NCBI GenBank assembly: GCA_017305535.1
Contig: JAFKKN010000001.1
Location: 233,145 to 297,144, forward strand
Length of the DNA: 64,000 nt
DNA from: Hyphomicrobiales bacterium
GTDB taxonomy: Bacteria > Pseudomonadota > Alphaproteobacteria > Rhizobiales > Xanthobacteraceae
Direction: 5' to 3'
In this document: positions 41,697 to 50,156 of the stretch, piece by piece
Layout: each line of letters starts with the position of its first letter
How positions within the stretch are numbered: position 1 is the first letter of the stretch
Made by a program: the position numbers and the translations under genes
Notes under the pieces: model-generated
Databases searched by the model: none
Told to the model about the DNA's origin: nothing
Seen by the model: only the letters and a program-made list of their open reading frames with translations

Positions 41697-42335
41697 TCAG
41701 CGCCGCAGAAGCGTGCCTTCGTCGTCGAAAACCAGCCGCCGGATCAGATCCGCCACTTGCTGCTGCGTCGTGGTGCCGCACTTCAGGGCGGCGAGCACCT
41801 TGAGGCGATCGTCGAGATTGTTCTGCTGCGCCAGCCGCAACTGGGTCTGGATATCGGTGATCTCGACGTGAAAGCCGACGATGCCGGGAAGCAGCTTTTC
41901 CACGTAGTCCGGAATGGTGTCGACGCTCCAGCCGCTGCCGGGCGGCTCCAGTTCGTTGCTGTAGGCCATCACGATGTCGCGCATCGTGTCGCGGTCGGTC
42001 TTGAGATGAACGCGGCCGCGCAGTTGCACCGCCGCGTAAAGCCAGGTCGGCGCGCGCGGCTGCGTAGTGTACCAGCTCGGCGAGACATGCGTATTCGGAC
42101 TGACGAAGGTGATGATGACATCGGGCGACCGCGCCCATGTTTTCCATTGCGCATTGGCGCGTGCGCAATGCCCGATCAGCGTACCGAGCAGCCCGTGATC
42201 GCGCCGGACGAGAAACGGCAGGTGGCTGGCCTCAAGCCCGCCTCCGGTCGATACCATCGTGCCGAGTCGAAACTCCTCGATGAGATCGAACGCAAGCGTG
42301 CGGTCGTCCGCCTGAAAGTGAGCAGGAATATACAT
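41697..42335 (-). CDS. FMN-binding negative transcriptional regulator (PaiB family)
   Basis: MYIPAHFQADDRTLAFDLIEEFRLGTMVS... is a typical PaiB N-terminus; 212 aa. Confidence 0.8.
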   Translation of the reverse strand: MYIPAHFQADDRTLAFDLIEEFRLGTMVSTGGGLEASHLPFLVRRDHGLLGTLIGHCARANAQWKTWARSPDVIITFVSPNTHVSPSWYTTQPRAPTWLYAAVQLRGRVHLKTDRDTMRDIVMAYSNELEPPGSGWSVDTIPDYVEKLLPGIVGFHVEITDIQTQLRLAQQNNLDDRLKVLAALKCGTTTQQQVADLIRRLVFDDEGTLLRR

Positions 42336-42442
42336 TGTCGTCCGATCGAATTTCCCGGACTGCCCCGGAACGATCAGACGCTATTCAGGCCGCCGATGGT
42401 CTGCTATCTGAAACAGGGCAAAGATTGTTTCTGGTGGGCCAA

Positions 42443-43219
42443 ATGACCCGAAGCACCAGGGCCGTTGATTATCAGGATTTGCCGCGACCGATCGCGGCGA
42501 TGGCCGACGAATATTCGGCCGGACATCGCGGCCCCTATCATTCGCACCGCCGTTCGCAATTGCTCTACGGCTCGACCGGCGTTCTTCGCGTCGCCACGCC
42601 CGACGGCACCTGGGTGGCGCCGGCCAATCAGGCGATCTGGGTGCCGGGCGGCATCACGCATCAGGTGATCTGCCATGGCGCGGTGTCGTTCCGCACGCTG
42701 TATATCGAACCCGATGCGAGCGAATGGTTGCCGGCTGCCTGTCGCGTGCTCGACGTCTCCGATCTGCTTCGCGCGCTGATCTTGGAGTCGGTGTCGCTGC
42801 CGCTCGAATACAATCTCCACGGCCGCGAGGGCCGCGTGATGGCGTTGATCATCGACGAGATATGCCGGATGCCGGCGCGCCCGATGCATATCCCGATGCC
42901 GCAATCGCCCCGGCTGCGGAAAATCTGCGAGGCGTTTCTCTCCGATCCGGCGAGCCGTGACGACATCGACGAATGGGCCGCGCGCGCTGGCCTCAGCCGC
43001 CGCACCTTCACGCGGCAGTTCCGTCTCGAGACCAACATGAGCCTCGGCAACTGGAAGAAGCAGGCGCGACTGATCGAAGCCGTCACCCGCATTGCATCCG
43101 GCGCGTCGATCACCTCGGTCGCGTTCGATATCGGCTATGAGAGTTCGAGCGCGTTCAGCGCCATGTTCCGGCAGAGCCTCGGCACCTCGCCCTCGGCGTT
43201 CTCGGCGCGCAGGGACTAA
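42443..43219 (+). CDS. AraC-family transcriptional regulator (cupin + HTH)
   Basis: Start at ATG 42443. C-terminal AraC HTH (...GYESSSAFSAMFRQSLGTSPSAF), divergent from the paiB-like gene. Confidence 0.85.
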   Translation: MTRSTRAVDYQDLPRPIAAMADEYSAGHRGPYHSHRRSQLLYGSTGVLRVATPDGTWVAPANQAIWVPGGITHQVICHGAVSFRTLYIEPDASEWLPAACRVLDVSDLLRALILESVSLPLEYNLHGREGRVMALIIDEICRMPARPMHIPMPQSPRLRKICEAFLSDPASRDDIDEWAARAGLSRRTFTRQFRLETNMSLGNWKKQARLIEAVTRIASGASITSVAFDIGYESSSAFSAMFRQSLGTSPSAFSARRD

Positions 43220-43229
43220 GGACGCCGCT

Positions 43230-43589
43230 TCACTCCGCCGCGATCACGCGCAGCGGCGTTGCGTAAGGCTCGATCCGCAGGCTGTCGTTGGCCAGCACGC
43301 TGATCCTGGCGAGCGGCGCCTGTTCCAGTTCGCCGTCCCTGCCCTTGCGGACCGCGTAGCGCCAGAAGCTCATCGATCCGCGGCTACGCAGCGCCTTGCC
43401 GATTTCTCCGACGTCGCCCGCCATGGCGCCGTCGTCACGCGTCAGGCCGACCACAATCTCGTCCTTCACGGTAACGATGCTGAACAGCTTTTGCGGCTGC
43501 TCGGCGGCGATCACGGGACCGGCAACGGCGGTCGCGGCAGCGGCGGCAAGCATCCGCGTCATGGCGCGGCGGTTGATCGAGGGAGACAT
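43230..43589 (-). CDS. Small exported protein with Tat-type signal (hypothetical)
   Basis: Start at ATG 43589 after AAAGGA. MSPSINRRAMTRMLAAAAATAVAGPVIAAE carries a twin-Arg motif. I recognise no family. Confidence 0.6.
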   Translation of the reverse strand: MSPSINRRAMTRMLAAAAATAVAGPVIAAEQPQKLFSIVTVKDEIVVGLTRDDGAMAGDVGEIGKALRSRGSMSFWRYAVRKGRDGELEQAPLARISVLANDSLRIEPYATPLRVIAAE

Positions 43590-43781
43590 CGGCATCCTTT
43601 CGTTGCGCCGCCGGCGGCTTGCACGGCAACGGATTCGCACCGTTTGTCGGGTCATCCGCCTCGCGGGTTCAAGCGCACCCGCCGGCCCGCTATTTGGAAA
43701 TTTCTTTCTGCGCGGATTAGCAACCAATGGCGGCCCGGCGCGTTGCGGCTTTGCTGGGTGGCGATCATAGGAGCGCATCCC

Positions 43782-44207
43782 ATGTGCGATTACAGCTTAC
43801 ATGCGGTCGCATCGCGTGCAGCCGTCGCAGGCGAAACCCTGGTGACAACCCGATTTGATCTAACCTCGACACGAGGCTTTTCAGGGCTGGATAATCCGAG
43901 GGTCGCCGTCTGCCTGCGGCCAGGGACCGAGATTGCTTTCGAGGCCGACGTTCAACGCGAGCGTATGATGTTCCATCACAGTGTCGGGGCCCGGCTGGCG
44001 CGGTTCCGCCAGATCGACCTCGACAGCCCGATGCATCATCACGATGCCCTCGAATTCTCCAACGGCACCATCGTGCTGCTGACCGATCTGATTCCGGGAC
44101 AGCGGGCAGCCATCGTCCAGTTGCCGGTCAACCCGGTCGAGAGCACGCGCGAGCCGGCAAGCGAAACGGCACCGATTGCCGAGACGAGCAATCCGATCGT
44201 CGCATAG
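43782..44207 (+). CDS. Conserved hypothetical protein (MCDYSL... family)
   Basis: ATG 43782 with AGGAG 9 nt upstream; 141 aa. The N-terminus MCDYSLHAVASR resembles a hypothetical-protein family I recall from rhizobia. Confidence 0.65.
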   Translation: MCDYSLHAVASRAAVAGETLVTTRFDLTSTRGFSGLDNPRVAVCLRPGTEIAFEADVQRERMMFHHSVGARLARFRQIDLDSPMHHHDALEFSNGTIVLLTDLIPGQRAAIVQLPVNPVESTREPASETAPIAETSNPIVA

Positions 44208-44267
44208 CGGCGATCCTATATTTCGCGGGTCACGTCAGGATGCGTGGCCCGCAGCAGCGGACCGTGA

Positions 44268-44627
44268 CAGGAGCCGACGCCGTCACGAGGCGGCATCGAC
44301 GCACGTGTTAGCCCGTTCGACTCGTGGGCCTTCGCGGCATTCGGCTCGCAGGCGATCGGGCACTTCTTGCAGAACAGGCCACACGACGCGGCGAAAGCCG
44401 CCTATCACGCGGTGCAGGCGAACCCCGCCCATAGTATCAACTATGTCATCCTGATCGGGCCGCTGGTCGCGCTCGACCGGCTGGATGAGGCGAGAGCCGC
44501 AGCCGCACGTGTGCTCGAATTGCAGCCGACGTTTCGCTTCAGCGCACAATTCGCAGGCGTCGATTGCGCGCCGGAACTTGCTTCGAAACTCGGCGACGCA
44601 CTGCGCAAGGCGGGCTTGCCTGAATAA
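44268..44627 (+). pseudogene. Remnant (C-terminal ~115 codons) of a TPR-containing, adenylate-cyclase-associated-type gene
   Basis: The frame opens only at 44268, after a stop, and has no ATG start. The translation ...AKAAYHAVQANPAHSINYVILIGPLVALDRLDEARAAAARVLELQPTFRFS...LRKAGLPE matches the characteristic C-terminal TPR tail ending in AGLPE. The rest of the gene is absent. Confidence 0.6.
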
Positions 44628-44715
44628 TTCCTCCCACGAAACACACGCAACATCGTCCCGAAACCCGAGGCGGTTACGCACGCCGAGCTATTCACTCACT
44701 CAGGACATTCGGGCA

Positions 44716-45567
44716 ATGCGGCTTCTTCATCTTGCCGGCGCGATCCTCGCGGCGATGATCTGCGTTTCGTCACCGGCGAAGGCCCAGACTCTCGTAACCG
44801 ATCTGACCCAATGGGTGGGCGAGCCGTACAAGAGCAGCACCTATCTCGACCTGATGGCTCTTGCCGTTCCCAGTTTCATGAACGATGGCGACGGGTATTA
44901 CACGCGACAAGCCTTTCCGCTGCGGCACGTCAGCGACGAGCCGGATCGCAAGGAGACGATCGAAGTCGGCGGCCTGCTCGGCTCGCCCCGCGTCATGCCG
45001 ATTGAGACGAAGGGACACAAACGCCTCGCGATGCTGTTTGAACTGACCCAACCGACGGACAGCGCAGAGAGAGTCACCGCGCTCGCGCTGTTCGACCTGG
45101 ATCACGAGCCGAAGCTGCTGGACTTTGCCAATGTCGCCTATGACCGGCAAACCGGATTCTTCGATCCCGCCAGGCTAACCCTTCCGGATGGCAGCACCAC
45201 GCTCTTGATCACGAGCGGCCACTCCAACTCAAATCAAGCGTACCACTTCCATGCGATGATCGATCTTCGCGGCGATCGCTTGCACCTCATCGATACGTTC
45301 TTTCTGCTCAACGACAATGCGTGCAGATTCGAACGCACGCAGCAGCCTCGCTTTGCCGCCGCCGGTTCACCGAAGCAGCCTGCCATTCAGGTCACGGTCA
45401 CGGAAACCGTAACAAGACGAAACGTCGATTGCGGCAGCGATCCGGCGCCGCAGACCGGGAAGCGAACTTTCTCCGTCAGATATCAATGGCGCTCGAAGAC
45501 AAAACGTTTCATTCGAAATTCCGACGCTCTCGATCGCCTGTCGGAGGAGGCCTCGAAACACTTGTGA
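44716..45567 (+). CDS. Exported hypothetical protein
   Basis: 283 aa with signal peptide MRLLHLAGAILAAMICVSSPAKAQ. I recognise no domain. Confidence 0.6.
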   Translation: MRLLHLAGAILAAMICVSSPAKAQTLVTDLTQWVGEPYKSSTYLDLMALAVPSFMNDGDGYYTRQAFPLRHVSDEPDRKETIEVGGLLGSPRVMPIETKGHKRLAMLFELTQPTDSAERVTALALFDLDHEPKLLDFANVAYDRQTGFFDPARLTLPDGSTTLLITSGHSNSNQAYHFHAMIDLRGDRLHLIDTFFLLNDNACRFERTQQPRFAAAGSPKQPAIQVTVTETVTRRNVDCGSDPAPQTGKRTFSVRYQWRSKTKRFIRNSDALDRLSEEASKHL

Positions 45568-45643
45568 CGACATAGGCGCCTCCATGTACATCATCACCAG
45601 CGTTCGCTCCGCCAACGCGCCGCGGCTCATTTGAGTTGGCGCC

Positions 45644-46141
45644 ATGGCATCGACCGACAGGATACCAACACAGACGCGATCTCTTTTTCTTTCGACGTTT
45701 CTCCTCGTTTGCGTGGCGACCGGTGCCGCAAACGCATCCGGCGGACTGGAATGCAAGATCGAGGATAATGCGGTGCGGTTCGACGTCAGCGCCGGCGTGA
45801 CGCACGGAATGGGAAGCCCGACTTTTAATTTCAAGGGCGAGTTGGCGGTGCGCGACCGCAGGATCGCCGAGGATCTGCGCAGCGTTTCCTTCGACGGCGA
45901 CAATCGCCCGCAATACTGGCTGGACGATAAGGAATTGCGCCTCGTGCTCTACAAGGAGCGCACCGCCGACAAGGCGTTCGGATCGATCGAACTCACCATC
46001 CGTACAGAAATCTCCGACCGCGACACCACGGGAAACTTCACCGGCACCTACAAGCTCTCGATCTCCGACCCGGCCACCTCCACAAGTGGCGACGGCGGCA
46101 CGACGGATTTCACAGGAGCCGTCACTTGCTTCGCCGAATAG
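45644..46141 (+). CDS. Exported hypothetical protein
   Basis: 165 aa with an N-terminal hydrophobic signal (SLFLSTFLLVCVATGAANA). I recognise no domain. Confidence 0.55.
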   Translation: MASTDRIPTQTRSLFLSTFLLVCVATGAANASGGLECKIEDNAVRFDVSAGVTHGMGSPTFNFKGELAVRDRRIAEDLRSVSFDGDNRPQYWLDDKELRLVLYKERTADKAFGSIELTIRTEISDRDTTGNFTGTYKLSISDPATSTSGDGGTTDFTGAVTCFAE

Positions 46142-46187
46142 CAACGGTCGGCAGGAGTGCTGCCGCAAACCCGCACCCGGACGGAAC

Positions 46188-46883
46188 CTATGGCTTCTCC
46201 CATTCCATCAGCATCAGCCACGGCACGCGTTGATACTTGTCGGCGACGGCAGGTTTGCCACCATAGGGACGCGGTTCATCGAAGTATCGCAGGATGAGCC
46301 CTTCATCGAGCAACAGCCTCATGTAATAACTGAGAGGTCTGTGCCAGTTGGTAATCCTGATGCCATCCCACTCGGACAGCAACTCGCGAACGTCGAGATA
46401 GTGGTCGATGCAGAAGCGCGGTTGCGGCTCGTCGGACCAGCCGTCTCCCGCGGTGCCGAAGCTGGTGAGATTGGCGATCAGCAGCCTGCCGCCCGGCTTC
46501 AAAACGCGCGTCATCTCCGCAATCGCCTTGGCGGCATCCGGAATATCGATCAGCGTCAGGTAGCTGACGACGAGATCGAAGGCATCGTTGGAAAACCGCA
46601 AGTCCTCGGCGCGTCCCATTTGGTAGTTGCCATCGGGATCGTGTCGGAGCGCCTCGTCGATAAGCTTGGCGGTCGGATCGATGCCGATCGTGGGAACGCC
46701 GAGGCCGCGCAGCATGCGCGAGAAGCGCCCCTCTCCGCACCCGACATCGAGGGCGCTGGTAAAATCTCCCAGGCGAACACGTTGCAGCATCGGCTTGTCG
46801 AGAACGCAGGCGCGGCTGAAGTCGCCGCTCTCGCCCATGCTGGCGATCCAGGCCTCGGCGGACTCGTCCCATCCGTACGCCAT
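46188..46883 (-). CDS. Class I SAM-dependent methyltransferase
   Basis: Start at ATG 46883 (MAYGWDESAEAW...), motif I ALDVGCGEGRFS; 231 aa. The annotated ORF extension upstream is IS debris. Confidence 0.8.
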   Translation of the reverse strand: MAYGWDESAEAWIASMGESGDFSRACVLDKPMLQRVRLGDFTSALDVGCGEGRFSRMLRGLGVPTIGIDPTAKLIDEALRHDPDGNYQMGRAEDLRFSNDAFDLVVSYLTLIDIPDAAKAIAEMTRVLKPGGRLLIANLTSFGTAGDGWSDEPQPRFCIDHYLDVRELLSEWDGIRITNWHRPLSYYMRLLLDEGLILRYFDEPRPYGGKPAVADKYQRVPWLMLMEWEKP

Positions 46884-46949
46884 CGGGGCGTCTCCTTTTC
46901 GGGTCGTTGATCCGACTCGTGACCGGACAAACATACACGCCACGCCCGG

Positions 46950-47612
46950 ATCAGCCGACCCGGTTCGGGAAGACACGACAATGCTTGATCCATAGCAGCG
47001 CCGTGGCCGAGATGAAGCCCCCCTTTGGCGGATAAGGCGGCGCCTTCGGGCAAGCCTCCCACATGCACCATGATCTGCTCGCCCACTCTCCTCCGCATTG
47101 CCTCCCCGATGTCGGAAATCCATGCAGTTTTCTGACACTTCGCGAAACGCCGAAGTGCCCCCCTGCGATTGAAGTTCGCCCATCTCGCCATCCTGTCGTG
47201 TTGCCTTTGCCCATCTCTGCCGTGTGCAGTGAGTAGACTTTCGGGCCATACTGGCGTTGGCTTTACTTCTCCCCCTGCCGTGTCAGTGCCCGCATACGCT
47301 CCAACACGATCCTGCCAAGCAAATCGACTTTACCATCGAGTTCGCGGCCTATGTCGCGGATGATGCAGCCGAGATGGATTTTGAGCCTCTTTAAAGTCCT
47401 GTCAGCGTGCCTGAACTGCTTGGCATGGCGCAACGCTAATGCTTGATCAAGGCAAACTTGTTCGCCCGCGCATAGGGCTGGCGCAGCTTGACGCGACACC
47501 GCTCCGCCAATTGGGCTAGTATCTCGCGGGCGTGGTTAAGAAACCTGACATCGGTCGGGAGCATCACGCTTTTGAGTTGCACCGTGGTGTCGACAATAAT
47601 GCGGTTAAAGTC
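46950..47612 (-). pseudogene. Decayed, 5'-truncated IS5-family transposase gene
   Basis: Minus-strand frames give DFNRIIVDTTVQLKSVMLPTDVRFLNHAREILAQLAERCRVKLRQPYARANKFALIKH*, then after a frameshift LRHAKQFRHADRTLKRLKIHLGCIIRDIGREL..., then KVYSLHTAEMGKG.... These are recognisable IS5-type segments broken by a stop and frameshifts. The N-terminal third and the terminal inverted repeat are missing. The lower boundary is approximate. Confidence 0.65.
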
Positions 47613-50084
47613 GTTGGGCTTGGCCTGCGATTTCTGAACTGCTAGCGTGGCGGGGTCGAGGCCATCGAAGGCCGCGCGGTTGCGGTTGGCCTGCGATTTC
47701 TGAACTGCTAGCGTCGCAAATCGCCGCCGGTGTCGGCGGTTGCGGTTGGCCTGCGATTTCTGAACTGCTAGCGTTTAGCGTTAAGACCGTCAGCGATCTT
47801 CTGGGTTGCGGTTGGCCTGCGATTTCTGAACTGCTAGCGTTGGTCGCGGCGCGGATCACTTACCGCGCGCGTTGCGGTTGGCCTGCGATTTCTGAACTGC
47901 TAGCGTCGTCTCCTTCATGCGTGGCGATGGATTGTTGTTGCGGTTGGCCTGCGATTTCTGAACTGCTAGCGTGGTATCCATTCGTCAACCGGCGCGACGT
48001 CGGTTGCGGTTGGCCTGCGATTTCTGAACTGCTAGCGTAGGCCAAGGTCGGCAAGCGCGCGGGCGCATGTTGCGGTTGGCCTGCGATTTCTGAACTGCTA
48101 GCGTCGCAGCGAAGCGTGCTTCAGACGCTCACCAGTTGCGGTTGGCCTGCGATTTCTGAACTGCTAGCGTGCGGCATGACATCTGACAGGTTGCGATTGC
48201 GTTGCGGTTGGCCTGCGATTTCTGAACTGCTAGCGTGTTCACGGACCCGTATACCGGGCAGAGCTAGTTGCGGTTGGCCTGCGATTTCTGAACTGCTAGC
48301 GTAATTCGGCATCGCCTTGATCGCGACGGGATGTTGCGGTTGGCCTGCGATTTCTGAACTGCTAGCGTCCACGCTGATCATCGTCACGTTTTCGCTGGGT
48401 TGCGGTTGGCCTGCGATTTCTGAACTGCTAGCGTGCCGATCTGCTTGGCCTGCTACGGCCCTGTGTTGCGGTTGGCCTGCGATTTCTGAACTGCTAGCGT
48501 AAATCTGTGCGGTCACCTGATTGGCGGTGCGTTGCGGTTGGCCTGCGATTTCTGAACTGCTAGCGTGTCACCCTTCTCGAGCGTGCCGACGTCGCAGTTG
48601 CGGTTGGCCTGCGATTTCTGAACTGCTAGCGTGAGTGCGGCGCGGCCTGCGGTGTTGAGGCTGTTGCGGTTGGCCTGCGATTTCTGAACTGCTAGCGTAT
48701 TGCGGAGGCCGCCCAACGCCCTTTGGCAGTTGCGGTTGGCCTGCGATTTCTGAACTGCTAGCGTATTTCGCGACAGCGTTGTCTTTTGTGTCCTGTTGCG
48801 GTTGGCCTGCGATTTCTGAACTGCTAGCGTGTCGGCTGGCGAACAGGCCAAGCTGCGCGCGTTGCGGTTGGCCTGCGATTTCTGAACTGCTAGCGTCCGA
48901 GGGCAACAGCTTCCTGGTCTTTGCGCGTTGCGGTTGGCCTGCGATTTCTGAACTGCTAGCGTCAACGCGATGCGCGACCCCTTCGACGCGGCGTTGCGGT
49001 TGGCCTGCGATTTCTGAACTGCTAGCGTGGTTGAGAAAAGCTGGCTGAACGACTTACTGTTGCGGTTGGCCTGCGATTTCTGAACTGCTAGCGTCACACT
49101 TTTGCGGGCGGGCACCGACGTCTTGTTGCGGTTGGCCTGCGATTTCTGAACTGCTAGCGTGACGCGTCCGCTGTTCATCGACGAGGCCGAGTTGCGGTTG
49201 GCCTGCGATTTCTGAACTGCTAGCGTCAAGCCAGTGATCGGCAGGAAGTCGCTCCGGTTGCGGTTGGCCTGCGATTTCTGAACTGCTAGCGTGAACGGTT
49301 CGAGGACGAGCGCGTGCGCGCCGTTGCGGTTGGCCTGCGATTTCTGAACTGCTAGCGTGTATCGCGACGAACAGGCGAAGCTCGGCCTGTTGCGGTTGGC
49401 CTGCGATTTCTGAACTGCTAGCGTCGGGCCAGACCTCGAACACCTCGGCGTCCTGTTGCGGTTGGCCTGCGATTTCTGAACTGCTAGCGTCTCCCTCACC
49501 GCAGGCCGCGTTCCGGCCCTGTTGCGGTTGGCCTGCGATTTCTGAACTGCTAGCGTGCCGAACTTCTGCCGCATCTGCGCGCCGCTGTTGCGGTTGGCCT
49601 GCGATTTCTGAACTGCTAGCGTGTTTTGCCATCTAGGCAAACTGTTTGGATGGTTGCGGTTGGCCTGCGATTTCTGAACTGCTAGCGTCGGGTTGCGTCT
49701 TATTGGCATTGCCTGCCGGTTGCGGTTGGCCTGCGATTTCTGAACTGCTAGCGTGCGCCGCAGCGAAGCCGTTCGAATCCCGCTGTTGCGGTTGGCCTGC
49801 GATTTCTGAACTGCTAGCGTGCCCATCGCAGCGGCCAACTCGTGCGGCTCGTTGCGGTTGGCCTGCGATTTCTGAACTGCTAGCGTGAAAGTCGGAATAA
49901 TCCCATTCGCCATTCTGTTGCGGTTGGCCTGCGATTTCTGAACTGCTAGCGTGCCGGGCAAGGGGAAGTCCTTCATCTCGCTGTTGCGGTTGGCCTGCGA
50001 TTTCTGAACTGCTAGCGTGCCGTCGCTTCGTCGCGACGGGGCTCTGGTGTTGCGGTTGGCCTGCGATTTCTGAACTGCTAGCGT
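47613..50084 (+). CRISPR. Type II-C CRISPR array: 38 repeats, 37 spacers
   Basis: 36-bp repeat GTTGCGGTTGGCCTGCGATTTCTGAACTGCTAGCGT with a 66-bp period. The first copy (47613-47648) is degenerate (GTTGGGCTTGG...); copies 2-38 appear identical, and the last is at 50049-50084. There are 36 spacers of 30 bp and one of 24 bp (47715-47738), and all look unique. The strand is the crRNA sense inferred from the tracrRNA. Confidence 0.97.
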
Positions 50085-50088
50085 ACAT

Positions 50089-50128
50089 GATGCCATAATC
50101 CCCTGTTTAAACAGAGGATTATGGCATC
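50089..50128. repeat. 40-bp near-perfect palindrome in the cas2-array (leader-like) gap
   Basis: GATGCCATAATCCCCTGTTT|AAACAGAGGATTATGGCATC, with one mismatch between the arms. It starts 4 nt after the last repeat and ends 28 nt before the cas2 stop. Confidence 0.9.
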
Positions 50129-50156
50129 ACCACATTCCAAAAATCTTCCCGCAGCC

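Noticed and set aside
44283-44681. 132-aa minus-strand ORF opposite the TPR remnant
   Set aside because: The plus-strand frame gives a recognisable TPR tail ending in AGLPE, whereas the minus-strand product has no features.
46884-47249. N-terminal extension that makes the methyltransferase ORF 353 aa
   Set aside because: The extension reads through decayed IS5 transposase sequence in another frame. The methyltransferase domain starts cleanly at ATG 46883.
49755-49784. Spacer 33 contains GTTCGAATCC, the tRNA T-loop signature. This could mean a spacer taken from a tRNA or attP site.
   Set aside because: The flanking bases do not form a T-stem, and a 10-nt match is easily chance. It also shares an 11-nt string with spacer 8, but out of register.
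47613-50084. Self-targeting: whether any spacer matches the neighbouring island genes, the IS remnant or vapBC
   Set aside because: I saw no match while reading the flanking regions. This was an eye check only, not an exhaustive search, so it needs a computational self-BLAST of all 37 spacers against the genome.
48513-50096. 527-aa minus-strand ORF (TLAVQKSQANRN repeated), plus other ORFs at 47605-50088 with ASSSEIAGQPQ or CGWPAISELLA repeats
   Set aside because: They are translations of the CRISPR repeat in different frames. The 22-residue periodicity equals the 66-bp repeat-spacer unit, so they are not genes.
50089-50128. Calling the cas2-array palindrome a simple Rho-independent terminator
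   Set aside because: No U-tract follows the hairpin on either strand. It is kept as an unexplained structural element rather than annotated as a terminator.
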